Shown one piece after another: positions 1 through 19,000 of a stretch of DNA of 64,000 nt. The notes under the pieces were generated by a model, which had not been told where the DNA came from, ran no database searches, and saw only the letters and a list, made by a program, of their open reading frames with translations. Position 1 is the first letter of the stretch; the number at the start of each line of letters is the position of its first letter. The DNA comes from Amoebidium appalachense. Its lineage: Eukaryota > Protista > Ichthyosporea. Location: positions 1,054,001 to 1,118,000 of the forward strand of contig CAVNZM010000005.1 in NCBI GenBank assembly GCA_963693365.1, in the 5' to 3' direction. The position numbers and the translations under genes were made by a program.

Positions 1-241
1 CCCCCCCCCCCACACACACACACACAAAAACAGAGTACACACAGAAACACATCTGCCCACCCTTAATCAAACCCAATCCACCCCCTGCCCTCCAGACCTC
101 CCCCTGCGCCCCCCTTCCCTCCTCTTCCCCTCCCCCCTCCTCCCTTTCAAACCCCCATAATAACCGCTTTTTCACCACCCTCTACCTCACCCGTTGAACC
201 CCCTCCTCCTCCTCCCCCGCTCCCCCCGCCCCCCAACACAC

Positions 242-306
<65 letters not shown>

Positions 307-511
307 CCCCCCCCCCCCCCCCCCCCCCCCGGCGGCCCCCTACTTTAAACACAGTCACATGCACTCACTCACCTACTCGACCATTGGATGCTACACAGTC
401 GCTGGTGGATCCCCAGAGGCCCTGCCTCTAGGGGGACCTCTCCCCTGTTGGTGATCACCTTCCGTTGCCTGGACAGGCCGGCCTTACACACTCACTTCGC
501 GATCGGGACAA

Positions 512-549
<38 letters not shown>

Positions 550-921
550 AAAACAGAGAGAGAAAGAGGGGGGGGGGGGGAAGGGGGGGAGGGGGGAGGA
601 AAGGGGGAGGGAAGGGGGGAGGGACCGGGGGGAGGGGGGGGGGGAGGGAAGGGGAGGGGCTCGGAGGGGGAGGGGGGGGGATGCAGCAGAGAGACAGGGG
701 AGGGAAAGAGGGAGGGGGGGGGGGGGGTGCAGGAGAGAGAAAGGGGAGGGAAAGAGGGAGGGGAAGGGAGGGGGGGGGGGGGGGGGGGAGAAAAGAGGAC
801 GAAAACAAGTACACGAACCAAAAAAAAAAAAAAAAAAAAAAAGGTCCTGGGGCTTTGCCCATGGAGGTGTGGCATTCGGCCGTCTGGCTTGACCGGGAGC
901 CTCGCTCACGGCACGGGGTGA

Positions 922-1036
<115 letters not shown>

Positions 1037-1260
1037 TTGTTTTTGGACGGGTGTGTTGTTTGAACAATGGCGACAGAGGAAAGAATTTGTGTTAGCTATT
1101 AGACTCGGCATCATTACAACATCATATTTGGTGCTATACACCATCTATCCACCACTATACCGAGATATATGTTTGGTCTTATCTAGGGATTATCCACCAT
1201 CTTCCTTGTTGTGTGTGGTGGCGCATGTGGGTTTAAGAAATCTGACACGCCTGTGCGTGT

Positions 1261-1305
<45 letters not shown>

Positions 1306-1663
1306 GGGGGAGGGGGGGGGGGAAGGGGGAGGTGGGGTGGGGTGGTTGGCAATACCTCCTACAGGGCGAGAGGAAGTGACGTCACCAGCGACATTTCAAT
1401 GGTCGATTGGGGGGATTCATTGCACGATGCATTGCAGTAGCATAGGGACGTTCCGATTGACTCATGGCCGACCCAGGATCACCCTAGATCATGTCACCTT
1501 AACGAGCAGGTTACTGGCCTACAAATTTTCCAATGTCAGAAATCCGCAACAATGGCATGTCTATGAATGGGGGGAAGGCATTGTGAAAAATTTTAGCCCG
1601 GGCTAGTCTAATTTGCTAAATGTGTTGCACCGGTATCAAAAACATAAGGTAGATTGTAGGGTG

Positions 1664-1731
<68 letters not shown>

Positions 1732-1783
1732 GGGGGGGGGGGGGGGAAGGGGGGGCAAAGTACCTGGTGTAGCGACGGATCAT

Positions 1784-2829
1784 CTAACGTCTTCTGCAAA
1801 GACGTTTTGTTGCGGACAGGCGGGGAAAGTCGTCTTCAGGGATCGATTTTAAATTTTTGAGAACACATGTTAGTCTGTGTGTAATAGTGCTACTTGTGTC
1901 TTCTTTTCTCATTCTTTGTGAAGCTTGTTTGTTGGAAAGTGCATTTAGTCTGTGTGGGACCGTGTGCTCCTTGCTGTGATGCCTTAGATTTCTCTTTCTG
2001 TAACGCAGGAATATGCAAAAAGGAAAGACGGAGGAGAGGGGAAGGGACAGGGTGGAAGGGGCGGAGGGGAGGGGGGAGGGGGGAGGGGCAGGCAAGAGAA
2101 GGGGGAGAAGGGGGGAGGGGTTGTTTACCCCGTTCATCCTCAGACAAATGGGTGTCCTCCGGTTGCATATGAGTTTCGACACCATCAGATTCAGAGGGGC
2201 TGTGTGTGTGGAGGGAGGCAAGAAGGGGAGGGAGTGGGTGGGTGGGTAGGTGGGTGGGTGGGGGGAGGGGGGGGGGGGGGAGGGAGGGGGTTAGAATACG
2301 GTACAGAACACGGAGCACAAACTCACACCTGATGTCGTGGATATGCAAAACAAACCTACCATAAGTATGCAGCCCCGGGGATGGGGAGTGGGGAGTGGGG
2401 GAGGGGGGGGTGCATGGTCCTGTGATAGTGCAGCAATGAAATGGGGGAATGGGGGGAGGGGGAGGGCCGGGGTTGTTACAGGCACGAGTACAGAAGAAGG
2501 AGGGACAGTTTGTGAATCGACACACTTGTGCATGCCTCAAGTTCATGTGCGGGTGATGGGAAGAGGGAGGGGATATGGGGAGGGGGGGGGGGGGGGGGGG
2601 GGGGATGGTACCTTCCACCCGACTCCGCAGTGTCCTCTGAGGGCAGGTCTGGGTCCGAGTCTTCTCCTTCGTACTCGGAGTCATGGCGGAATCTGGGGGG
2701 GTGGCAGAGGGATGAGTGTGTGGCTGTGTTTGTTAGACATGTATGCGTGCTTGATGTGTGCATGTGTGTGTGGATGCATACCGAGGCACGATCCCCATTA
2801 TCCCTCTTCTTTTTCTTTCCTTTCTTTCC

Positions 2830-2887
<58 letters not shown>

Positions 2888-3185
2888 ATGAAGGAGAATA
2901 ACGGGTACTGCAACCGGCAAACCCGAACCCCTTTTCTGTTTTACTTGGGGGCTGGAGGGGGGGGGGGGGGGGAGGGGGGAGGGGGGGGGGGGCAAATACC
3001 TCTTACTGCTGCTTCTGGTGTCTTTCTTGTCCGATTCATCGCCTTCCCATGCCCTTTTCTGATTGGACAATAGTAGTGAATCATCGTCCTCCGAATCTTC
3101 CTCTTTCTCATCCGAAGAGTCGGTGAGAGCAGGCTGTGGCCTGTTTGGGAACGAACCAGTCCGTGAAAACCTAAACAGAAAATGT

Positions 3186-3252
<67 letters not shown>

Positions 3253-3823
3253 GGGGGGGGGAGGGGGGGGGGGGGGGAGGGGGGGGGGAGGGGAGGGGGG
3301 AATGAGGGGAATGGAGACACATCTACCCTTCCTCCCCACCGCCCACACACACACTCTCCCCACCTCTCCCTCCCTACTTCTATCTCTTCTCCCTTTCCAT
3401 TCATTTCTTCTATTTTTCTTCTTCTTTTCTGTGTTTCTTTCTTCTTCCATCCTTGCTTCTTCTATTCTTTCTTTCTTTGGCGCCAGAACGGGGGGAAAGG
3501 GAGGGGGGGAAGGGGGGGGATGGGTTATACCTCATATGACTGCCTCTTGTGCTCTCCTCGTTAGATTCATCGTCTTCACATGCCCTTTTCTGATTGGACG
3601 ATGTGAGCGAATCATCGTCTTCCGATTCTTCATGTTCATCTTCCGACGAGTCAGCACAAGAGGGTTGTGGTCTGTGTGGGAACGAACCAATCAGCATTCT
3701 TTTTACACAGAAGCAAAACGCACACAGAAAAATTGAAACAAAACGTCAAATGAATGGTGTGTGTGTTTGTGTGCACGGTAGAGGTGCACGTGGATGTGTG
3801 CATGCATGTATGTGTGTGTGTGT

Positions 3824-3859
<36 letters not shown>

Positions 3860-4213
3860 GGGTGGGGGGGTGGGTGTGTGTGTGTGTGTGTGGGGGGGGG
3901 GGGGCTCAGGCTCATCTTGATGTGCTACAAATATGCATACATAAAGATGAGCGATACATACAGTTTTGCTGGGTTTTCAGCAAGACCACACCGAGGTGTT
4001 ACCAGCGGAATGACATCCACACACACATCCCCACCCTCATGATTACACCAAACAACCAAACACACCCGTTCCTCGCACACGCACACACACACACACACTC
4101 CCCTCCTCCCTCATCTCCCCCCTCCCCACCTTCTTTCCATATCTCCTCTTTTTCCACCGTTGTTTTTTACTTTTTTTCTTTGTTCTTTCTTCCTCCCTTT
4201 CCCTCTTGCCTTT

Positions 4214-4259
<46 letters not shown>

Positions 4260-5090
4260 TTTCTTCTTCCTTTTTCTTTCTTTAACTTTTTTTTTTGGGG
4301 GGGGGGGGGAGGGGGGGAGGAGGGGAAGGGGAGGGTAGGGGGGGGGAGGGGGGGGGTTGAATGCGGAACACGGTACGAAGTACGCATACACGATGAGAAG
4401 CATGGTGCAGGACACATGCAAAGGCAAGCATTCAAGTATGCAACATCAGCCATGCGCACAGTATGCGTCATAAGCAGAGCCCATCCTCAGGGAGGGCCCA
4501 AGTCATCAATTGCGTCTGAGTTTCGACCCCTTAACGGCGTATATACGACTCTCCAACTCAGACAGCAGCATCAACTGAACTTGGGAGGGTCAACCCGTCT
4601 TGATCAAAGACGAGCAAGGTTGCTTATGCGAGCAAGGTGAGCAAAACGGTGAAGGTGTGTGTGCAAACTAAAGCAGTGCAGCGATAAATGCGTATGTGCT
4701 TACAGATGCACGACACAGAGCAACCATGCCCGGTTGCATGGAAGTAAAGCGGTCTGGGGCAATACCTCTTACGGCTGCCTCTTGTGTCTTCCTCATCCGG
4801 TTCGTCGTCTTTCCATGCCCTTTTCTGATTGGACAATGGGAGCGAATCATCATCCTCCAAATCATCATGTTCATCTTCTGAAGAGTCGGGGAAAGCAGGC
4901 TGTGGTCTGTGTAAGAGCCAACCATTCAGTTTCTATCTTATACTAGAAGCAAGGGGGGGGGGGGGGGGGGGACGAGGTAAGGGAGTACTCACCTCACAAC
5001 GTCGCTGATATGGGGAGCTCTAAGGGAAACACGTGGTTGCTTGAAACCGGAGATAGATCCACCAATGGGAGAGAAGGAATCGCCCACCGC
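1784..5090 (-). CDS. Probable downstream exons of the kinase-like gene (low-complexity acidic/Ser-rich tail)
   Basis: AG/GT-bounded segments at 5090-4993 (AVGDSFSP..., phase-compatible with the exon ending 5569), ~4935-4766, ~3698-3531, 3170-3000, ~2692-2612 and ~2000-1784. The full exon chain was not verified. Confidence 0.45.
2999..4940 (-). repeat. Three paralogous ~170-bp exons (RPQP..DSSE..EDDDSL..SNQKRA)
   Basis: Alignable units at ~2999-3170, ~3530-3700 and ~4765-4940, each ending in an AG|GTAT donor. Confidence 0.85.
4357..4598 (-). mobile_element. ~240-nt dispersed repeat, family A copy 1 (candidate rearranged-hammerhead retrozyme)
   Basis: Near-identical inverted copy at 48583-48825. 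The minus strand carries GTCTGAG-TT-GGAG, GGGGTC-GAAA-CTCAGAC and CTCC-CTGAGGA-TG-GGCTCT. Confidence 0.8.
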
Positions 5091-5568
5091 CTGCAGGGAA
5101 TGATTCTGATTGGTTAATGAACGAAATAGGTCATGCATTCTAATAAAGGGGCCAAGGGTGGTTGGGGGAGGGAAGAGCCGAAGGGGCTGAGTGGAACGGG
5201 GGAGGGAGAGAAAGTTGCGTGCTTATTCGCGTGCATTGTTTTTTTTTCTTTTGGGGGGGGGGGGGGGGGGTTGAACTTTCCGGAGTCTCTTAAGTGACAA
5301 TTTGCCAAAATAACCCAAAACTCGAGTTTCTGAGCTCTTTCATTGCATCAATATCTCAACAAGTAGTGACAATTCTAGACTTTTACCCGACCCCCAAACA
5401 CGTGATGCCTGGGTGTACGTATACACCTGTGTGTGAACCACGTGTGTGTGTTTTTGTGTCTATTTCTGCTAACGTGGCCGGGGGAAGCTGTGTGTGCGTG
5501 TGTGTATTTGGGGGGCCGGGGGGGGGGGGGGGGGGGGGGGGGGAGGGGGGGGATAGGTAGTCACATAC

Positions 5569-7003
5569 CCGGCCTCCATGTCTTGACTCCACTCTCTCCG
5601 CCGCCAAATTGAACATCTCCGCCATGGCTCTTGCCTTGGCTTGGAACTTGGCCCGACCCGGCCCGACCACCACCGACTCGTCGTCTACCAACAGCTTCAA
5701 AAGCGCCACCGCAGCTTCAGCGGCGTTGCTTAACGTTTTCACCGTTTCCCTTGCGCGCTCACATGGAATGGAGGTGTGTGTTTGCGGCGGTGTGCGCTCA
5801 CGATGCAAACGTTTAATGATGGAGTCGAGCTGGCCTATGATTTGTGGCATGGTAGAGCGCTTTTCCACGCTCTCTTGGAAGCACACACAGAGGAGAATGC
5901 GCACGTCAAAGTAGAGGTAGCCGCACCGCTCTGGTTTTCGAATGTGGTCCATTTGGTGCTTCAACTTGCTGTGCCACAATTCCTCTTTTGGAACATTATG
6001 GCAGCATTCCCATCTTTCGTCGGGGAATGGTTGGTAGTTTCCTTTCTCGTTTTTGCTTGGGTTGTAGCGGTGGTTATGGCGAACGAGAAGTGAGTAGACA
6101 ATGTGCCCAAGCCTCCACGAATCACACTTGGTCCCATCAACATCCTCCGGTTCCGCGTCATTGCACGCTTTCCTTTCCTCCGGAGAGATGAAATGATGAA
6201 GGTCGGGCTCGAACTCTACCACGTGTGTGTTACCCCGTGACGACCTTTCAAACCCCGTCACCTTTGCGCGTACCGTTCTATCCTCATCAACCCCAACCCT
6301 GATGTTGGATAGGTTGGGGTTCATGTGCGCAACCTTGTGTTTGTGCAGGTGAGCCAAGCCGGTTGCAGCCTGCTTGAGAAGCTCAAACATGAGAATCTCC
6401 GTGCGCTTGTGTGCGTCTTCCTCAGGGACCCCATCGAACAGCAGTTTGTGGTTGTGGTCGGTGATCTAGTCGTCGATATCTTTAGACGGGAAGTAAGGGT
6501 AGACGATGCCCTGTGAGAAAAGAGAAATTTCAGCTGTTTACTCGAGGCAAAGGGAGACCAGTCTCAAGTTTGGGGGCTTTTGCAGTGTTTTTTGCTCGGA
6601 TTACGTCAGCCCTCCATATATACTATTCATCAAGCAAAAGACACTCAAAAACACTGCCAAATCTAATATTTTACCGTTTTACCCACCATCATCCACAAAA
6701 ACATCAACCTACCGGTATGGGCTCTCCACCCAGGTGCTCCTTGAAGGTGTGTGCAAAGGTCACGGGCAGAATGACGTTGGGGTGGGAGGGCAGGCCAGCC
6801 ACGGCAATAAACTCTCTGCGGAAGTTCTCGTCGTCGTAGGTGCAGGACTGCAGTATCTGCCTGTCGCCTGCTTCGCGCTTGATGGCCCATTTTCTGCCGT
6901 TTACGCCCGGGGCAGAGCAGACTTCAATCGTTTCATCGATGCTGTGCATATTTTCAGTAATCTCGGACTCAATGGTGATGACAATGTGGTCAGGAGTGGC
7001 CAT
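5569..7003 (-). pseudogene. Divergent protein kinase-like (pseudokinase) gene, exons 7003-6713 and 6510-5569, with an in-frame TAG at 6468-6466
   Basis: Exon 1 MATPDH...WAIKRE...HPNVIL (subdomains II-IV), then GT donor and CTCACAG acceptor in phase 0. Exon 2 reads GIVYPYFPSKDIDD*ITD...GLAHLHKHKVAHMNPNLSNI...VTGFE...ISPE...CDSWRLG...R. The catalytic HRD and DFG aspartates are absent. Confidence 0.75.
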
Positions 7004-7221
7004 TTTCAGTTTTATGTATTCTATGTTTTTGTATTTTTTGTTTCTGATTTTGGTTTGTTTTTGAGGATTTTTGTGTAAGTGTAATTGGTATAGAGAACTA
7101 GGAAATATTGCGGTTTGCTTCGAAGTCGCTTTCAACTCAGTATTTAGCCAGTTTGTGAGTCCATGTGGTTTTCCTGCGGTTTGCTTTTGAGAGTGCGGAT
7201 GTTGTGAAGGGCGGTTGCTGG

Positions 7222-7228
7222 TTTTATA
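7222..7228 (-). promoter_or_regulatory. TATA box upstream of the kinase-like gene
   Basis: TATAAAA on the minus strand ~220 nt upstream of ATG 7003. Confidence 0.45.
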
Positions 7229-7727
7229 AGCGTTCTGATCACAGCTGAGCTGGGCTGGGAGCCACTGGCTCCTAAAGATAAGGATCTACCCATTGCTATG
7301 CATGACAGTGGTGACTTTAAACAGATACAAATTAATTATTAAACCGTTGTTTTTTAGAACCAGCCAATCAAACATCGATATATATTAAGCCCGTGTTCGT
7401 CATCAGATCTAGCCGGATTACGTCAGCAGCAGGAGCGGCGTGTTCCGAAACATAAGACAGCAAGGAACTGAGCAAATGAGCCATGTCAGGACACACGTGC
7501 ACAAGCCGCAATGCAACTTGGGGCCATTTGTATTTGTGTGTAGACGAGGTTTTTGGCGTAGAGCCTGCCTGCATGTTCTTAACGTGAATGCGGATTGCTT
7601 GTTGTTATATGACAATGGGCTTCGTTCAAAAACCGGCAAAACTATTTCCCGTAACTTGTATACGACATTCCCCCCTTCAGTGGTTCTCCCCCCCCCCCCC
7701 CCCCCCCCCCCCCAACCACCACCATCA

Positions 7728-7841
<114 letters not shown>

Positions 7842-8219
7842 GGCGGGAGGATACCCTCACCTGTCCACTCTACCTCCCTCTCAAACTAACGTCACAGGCA
7901 CAGACACCTAGCACGTCAGCTGCAAGCTACCGTTTCCCACACAGATGACGCACAGATGCACACGAATACACGTACACGCACACGTACTTGAACAAACTAA
8001 CACAAACGAAAAGTATCACAAAAGCAACGAACAACACCCGGACACACAAACAGGTTTACACACACGGAAAAACACGCACTGTATACATAACATACCTGCA
8101 CATGTACACACACGTGCACAATGCACACACGCAAGCACACAGGCTCATGCTAAAAATTCAACGCGACAACAAGCTGCATACACTCTAGCTCCAACACACA
8201 CACACAAGCCACTCGAGCC

Positions 8220-8277
<58 letters not shown>

Positions 8278-8279
8278 GT

Positions 8280-8346
<67 letters not shown>

Positions 8347-9243
8347 CATACAGACATATTAACCAGCCGCTTCGGCCCCTCCCCTCCCCCCGTCGCTTGC
8401 ATATACCCTCCCCCTTTCCCCACCCCCACCCCCCAAACTTCAAGCTCAGCACAAGTCGGGCACATACACTATTGGGCTATCACACCACCTAATCGAGTAC
8501 AAACAACGTCTACTGGGGTTCTCCTTGATTTACTCCCACCCCTAAGCAGAGCTTCAAGCGGTCTCAGTATCCCTTCCCCTCCACCCCGGGCTATCTTTTC
8601 TCTTTTTTTAAGACTCCTCTTTCCCTCTCCCTCTCTCGGGCACACACTCACACGTACTCTCTCTCTCTGTGTGTCTCCACCTCCCTCGGCTCTCGTTTTC
8701 TCACTCTCTTTCTCTCTCCCTCTCCCTCTCCCTCCCTCCCTCTCTCTCTCTCTTTCCCCCCCCCCCCCCCCTCCTCTCTCACTCTCTCTACCTCGATCCT
8801 CTCTCCCTCACCTCTTCCCCCCCCCCCCCCCCCCCCAACCCTCTATCCCCCCCCACCCCGGCCCTCCTCCAACCCTTGCCTTCCCTCCCTTCCTCCGCTT
8901 CTCCGTTGGTCCTTCTTCCCTCCCTTTCCAGTGATGTGCCTGCCCCCTCTAAGTGAATCTGCTTGCACTATCAAGTACCACATCCCCACCCCTATATAGT
9001 GCGCGTGGAAGGCACGACACAGGTCATATTGACATATGCCAGGGGAATAAACTACCGTCAGAACGCAACTTTGCAGCCTAGCATTCCGGCAGAGGAACAC
9101 GAAGGGGGGAAAGGGGAGGGCCGACCGGTCCATGGGAAAGAGAGTGGGATAAATGTCGAAGAGGAAGGAGAGAGCAGGGGGGGAAGAGGGGGGAGAAGGG
9201 GGGGGGGGGGGAATGATGTAGATAAGCGGGAAGGTGACTGTCC

Positions 9244-9278
<35 letters not shown>

Positions 9279-10013
9279 ACCACCACCACCACCAAAATAC
9301 ACACACACGTGCGCGCGCGCACACACATCCACAAGCACAAATACACACACACAGTGACACACACACACATACCATTGCGTCTTGTAATTCTGCACTCCCA
9401 ACTCGCAGCTTCCCTCTTTCACCGCCAAGAACATTCTGCACGGTCCCCATACATCCTCCTCGCTCCCCCTCCTGGCCTTTTTTTGTTAAAGCTACTACCT
9501 TCTTCAAGTTACCGAACTGTTTTCACATCAGAATTGTGGCAAAAGAAGTGGGGTGAACATGGGACCGTGACTGACAGCTAGCGGTGCTGTGCAACGGGTT
9601 GAGTAGTTTTAGAGCTGTTTTTAGTTGGGCCTTGGACATGAAAAGTGCACGTATGCGCTGCATTGTGTCTGTATGTGCGTTGTTTCCAATGTGCGAGAAT
9701 CACTCATGTTTCCCCAGCTCAGCTGGAGCTTAGCTGGGCGATGCACTCACTGTGTGACAACGGTGACAAGAAAATTTCAAATGGCCTCGTGAATGACGTC
9801 ATAGTGTTCCCGTATCGTAGACTAATTTGGATAGACTATGTCCATGCCAGCTTTGCTGGGAGAGCCCAGCAGAGCTCGCGAGCAAACAGGCAGGCTCAGG
9901 TTTGGCAGAGTCTGCATTCATATTGCAGACTGATTTTCATGTAATTAGTTCATGGAATACTCGCTCAACATTTCCATTAGCTTAGTTTATGGCCTGGGGG
10001 CTATGGGGTTAAG

Positions 10014-15913
<5,900 letters not shown>

Positions 15914-16218
15914 CATCTAAGTAGTGCTATGGACATGGATCATTGCATATGAGGTTTTTGGGATATATTCTTAGTATATATCAGGCACCCAATGGGGATT
16001 GGCCGTTAAATGTTAAAATGTTTTAGTTAGGTTTAGACCCGTTCTATGCACTGTACGGCCAACCAGTTAGGCAACAGTGGTTACGTATACATAGTAGATA
16101 GACTAAATATTATTGTATATCACAACGGTACCGAAATTATTAAATATCATTCTCTACATTATAAAGAGACATGAAAATGCGTGACTGTAGTTTTCTTTCC
16201 TTTCTTTCTTTCTCTCTC

Positions 16219-16323
<105 letters not shown>

Positions 16324-16960
16324 CTTTTTTTTTTGTTTTGTTTTGGTTACTTAGGCATTAGTCTGCAGCGGGTAGCGAAATTCTCACTCCGAATGTGGAT
16401 ACACCCTAATATGTACATATGTGATGTCCTCTAGAATCCCTAATATGAGTAACAGGGAACTGGCTGACTTTCTTCTCTCTTCTCCATAGGCTTATTCAGC
16501 CGTATTTTCCATGATGCTCGGAACAAATTCTCCCCGTCAAACCAGATTAAATAAGTACCTACGAATCAGATAATAGCAGGATCTTAGTATCTTCTTAGTG
16601 ATTAAGAAGGGATAACAGTACTGGTACTCTTCTCTTTAGAGTACCTTTTACTAAATATGAGTTAGTAAGAATAGCTTATCATCGAGGAGAGGTAAATTTA
16701 TTAATACTTAATAACGAAGGAAGATCTTTAATCCAATGGCACCTAATTTCAAGTAAAGATAGTAGAAGAAGAATATTGAGAAGTGTTCAGCACGAGCGGA
16801 TTTACCACCACGACCTGGAAGTCTTCCTGAAAGATAAAGACGAATACCTCAAGCAATGATAAATCCATAAGTAATAAATGATCTAAAAGACCTTTTAAAC
16901 CTAGAGAAATAAAATAAGATCTAGCATAAAGAGTAGATAAAGAAGAAAGTTGGAGTAATG

Positions 16961-17770
16961 AAGTGTAAATGGAGAAAGCGGAAGAAACAAATTGAATAAA
17001 GAAAGGATGAAGTTTAAAATAGAAAAGAGCTTTTGTAATAGGTGTCGAAGGAGTACCAACCCCAACTACTTTAACATTAAGAAGATTAATATGTTTATTA
17101 GTATGTAGTTGGTATGAGTAGTGAAAATAGTATTACAATATGATGAAGGAGAAACTGGATAGCCTCTTTAGCAATATAAATTAATAAACTAGTATTTCAA
17201 AGTAAATAAATACGCCTGATCCAAATTAATCGTAATGTTGTATGATACCATAAAATCTAAGAATAGGAAAGAATAAAGATGAGAAGAACAGATTGTTAAG
17301 AGTGTAAACAATCAAAAGTAAGATTTAGCATTAGTAGTAGAGAAAGAAGAAACTCGAAGGAATAAAGTGTAAATGGAGAAAGTGGAAGAAACAAATTGAA
17401 TAAAGAAAGGATGAAGTTTAAAATAGAGAAGAGCTTTTGAAATAGCAGAAGTAGAAACAGTAGAAGCAAGAGGTTACATAACGAAAGCAGACTTCAAGGC
17501 TTGATAAAAAATAAGTATAAATTTAAGAGATTGAAATTAGAAGAAGTAAGTAATAGGTGTCGAAGAAGTACCAACTACTTTAAGAAGATTAATATGCTTA
17601 TTAGAATGAAAATTGGTATGAGTAGTGAAAATAGTGTTATCATTTGATGATTGAGAAACTGTATAGGCTTTAGCAATATAAATTAATAAACTAGTAGATC
17701 AATGTAATCGATAAACAATAACATCTAAACGTCTAAAGTGTTTTAATCCAACTCAATCGTAATGTTGTAA
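16961..17770. repeat. Internal imperfect duplication within the AT-rich element
   Basis: The block AAGTGTAAATGGAGAAAG...AGCTTTT...GTAATAGGTGTCGAAG...AATAAACTAGTA occurs at ~16961-17250 and again at ~17366-17770 with an insertion. Confidence 0.85.
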
Positions 17771-18011
17771 TGGCTGTAAGAAATCTAACCCTTTGTTTAG
17801 ATTTTTATATTTATTAATAACAGTTTTAGCATTAATCCAATTGTAATGCTGTAATGGCTGTAAGAAATCTACCCCTAGATTTTTATATTTATTGATAACA
17901 GTATTGAATATTCTTTTATATTCCTTTCTGTTTACGGTTCACGACGTAATATAACGTCCAATTAATTGTGAACTATGAGATTCAATTTGTTGTACATGAA
18001 TTATAATATTT

Positions 18012-18326
18012 ATGTCTTTCACATATAAGAATAAATTTTCATATATTGTATTAGACGGATATGAAAATGCCCCGAAACAGAATAATGGAACACTTTTATA
18101 TAGAGACATGTTAATTAGAGAATATATAAAAGGAACAATGGAAGCACAAGGGTATAGCATGGGTGAGATTATAAATAAAAGAAAAATAAAAGACATGGGT
18201 ATCATTATTCAAGTAGAAAAAGGAATTGAACCAATAAGAAAGGTAAATCTTAATTGGAATTCAACATTTAATGCTAGGTATGAAAAAGAACTCTCAAAGA
18301 TTAAGAAATATGACTTTACAGCTTGA
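18012..18326 (+). CDS. Intronless 104-aa orphan ORF inside the AT-rich element
   Basis: ATG..TGA ORF with normal-complexity sequence (MSFTYKNKFSYIVLDGY...). No motif recognised. Confidence 0.4.
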   Translation: MSFTYKNKFSYIVLDGYENAPKQNNGTLLYRDMLIREYIKGTMEAQGYSMGEIINKRKIKDMGIIIQVEKGIEPIRKVNLNWNSTFNARYEKELSKIKKYDFTA

Positions 18327-18967
18327 TCCAACTACAATTAAAGGATGAAATGATAATATTAAATATATCAAGAAAGATAAATTATGAAATAAAATTACGT
18401 ATAAAGCAAGTTTAGTTAATAAAGAACTTAAGAAAACGAAATTTACAAAGTGTTTTAATGATTCTTTTGTATTTTTAATTTACTTTTATTTGTATTTATG
18501 TTATACATATTTTCTCTTTCCTAATCTTGAATAGTACTCTTATCTTGAAGGGTTACTTTAGTTACACTCCTATATTAACATCTCTATTCTTTCCTAACAT
18601 TGAATCATTTAATTCTACTCCTAATGTACTATTAACATAGTACTAGATTTCTTACTGGTTGAATAAATAACTATTACTTACATTTTGAAATTCTTATTCA
18701 CTAATTAATTCTAATTTATGATCGGCTAAAATCCGGATTTTTCCAATTTTGACAATTTCTGTATTTAGGTTTTATTTTTCATCCTATATCCTGACGAAAA
18801 CGTCGAATAAGAGTAGAGAAGAGAAGAGAGAAGAAAGTCAGCCAGCTCCCATGCAGGGAGGCAGTCCCTTTACCAACATATGTGACCAGTGTCCCTTCCA
18901 AAATTAGCATATATCGTATTATTGGTACACACACAAGGACCCTCCCCAGCTGCAGGGGAGAATCTGT

Positions 18968-19000
<33 letters not shown>

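Larger units (their letters stand above)
16455..18850. mobile_element. 2.4-kb AT-rich element bounded by ~30-bp terminal inverted repeats
   Basis: Left end GGGAACTGGCTGACTTTCTTCTCTCTTCTC; reverse complement of right end GGGAGCTGGCTGACTTTCTTCTCTCTTCTC. The interior is very AT-rich and free of the host-type microsatellites. No target-site duplication seen. Confidence 0.75.

Noticed and set aside
2133-2182. GTCGAAACTCA...CTGAGGATG on the minus strand resembling the ribozyme repeat
   Set aside because: The stems do not form and it lies in a probable exon; may be chance or an old exapted remnant.
6466-6468. Genome-wide TAG reassignment
   Set aside because: TMEM41, NUDT9 and the nuclease gene end in TAG at plausible C-termini, and the conserved genes show no internal TAG.
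16961-17700. Frequent TAA/TAG in one plus frame suggesting RIP-like C>T mutation or a TAR=Gln code
   Set aside because: Other frames are more open and the AT/purine skew explains the stops; the true frame cannot be determined.
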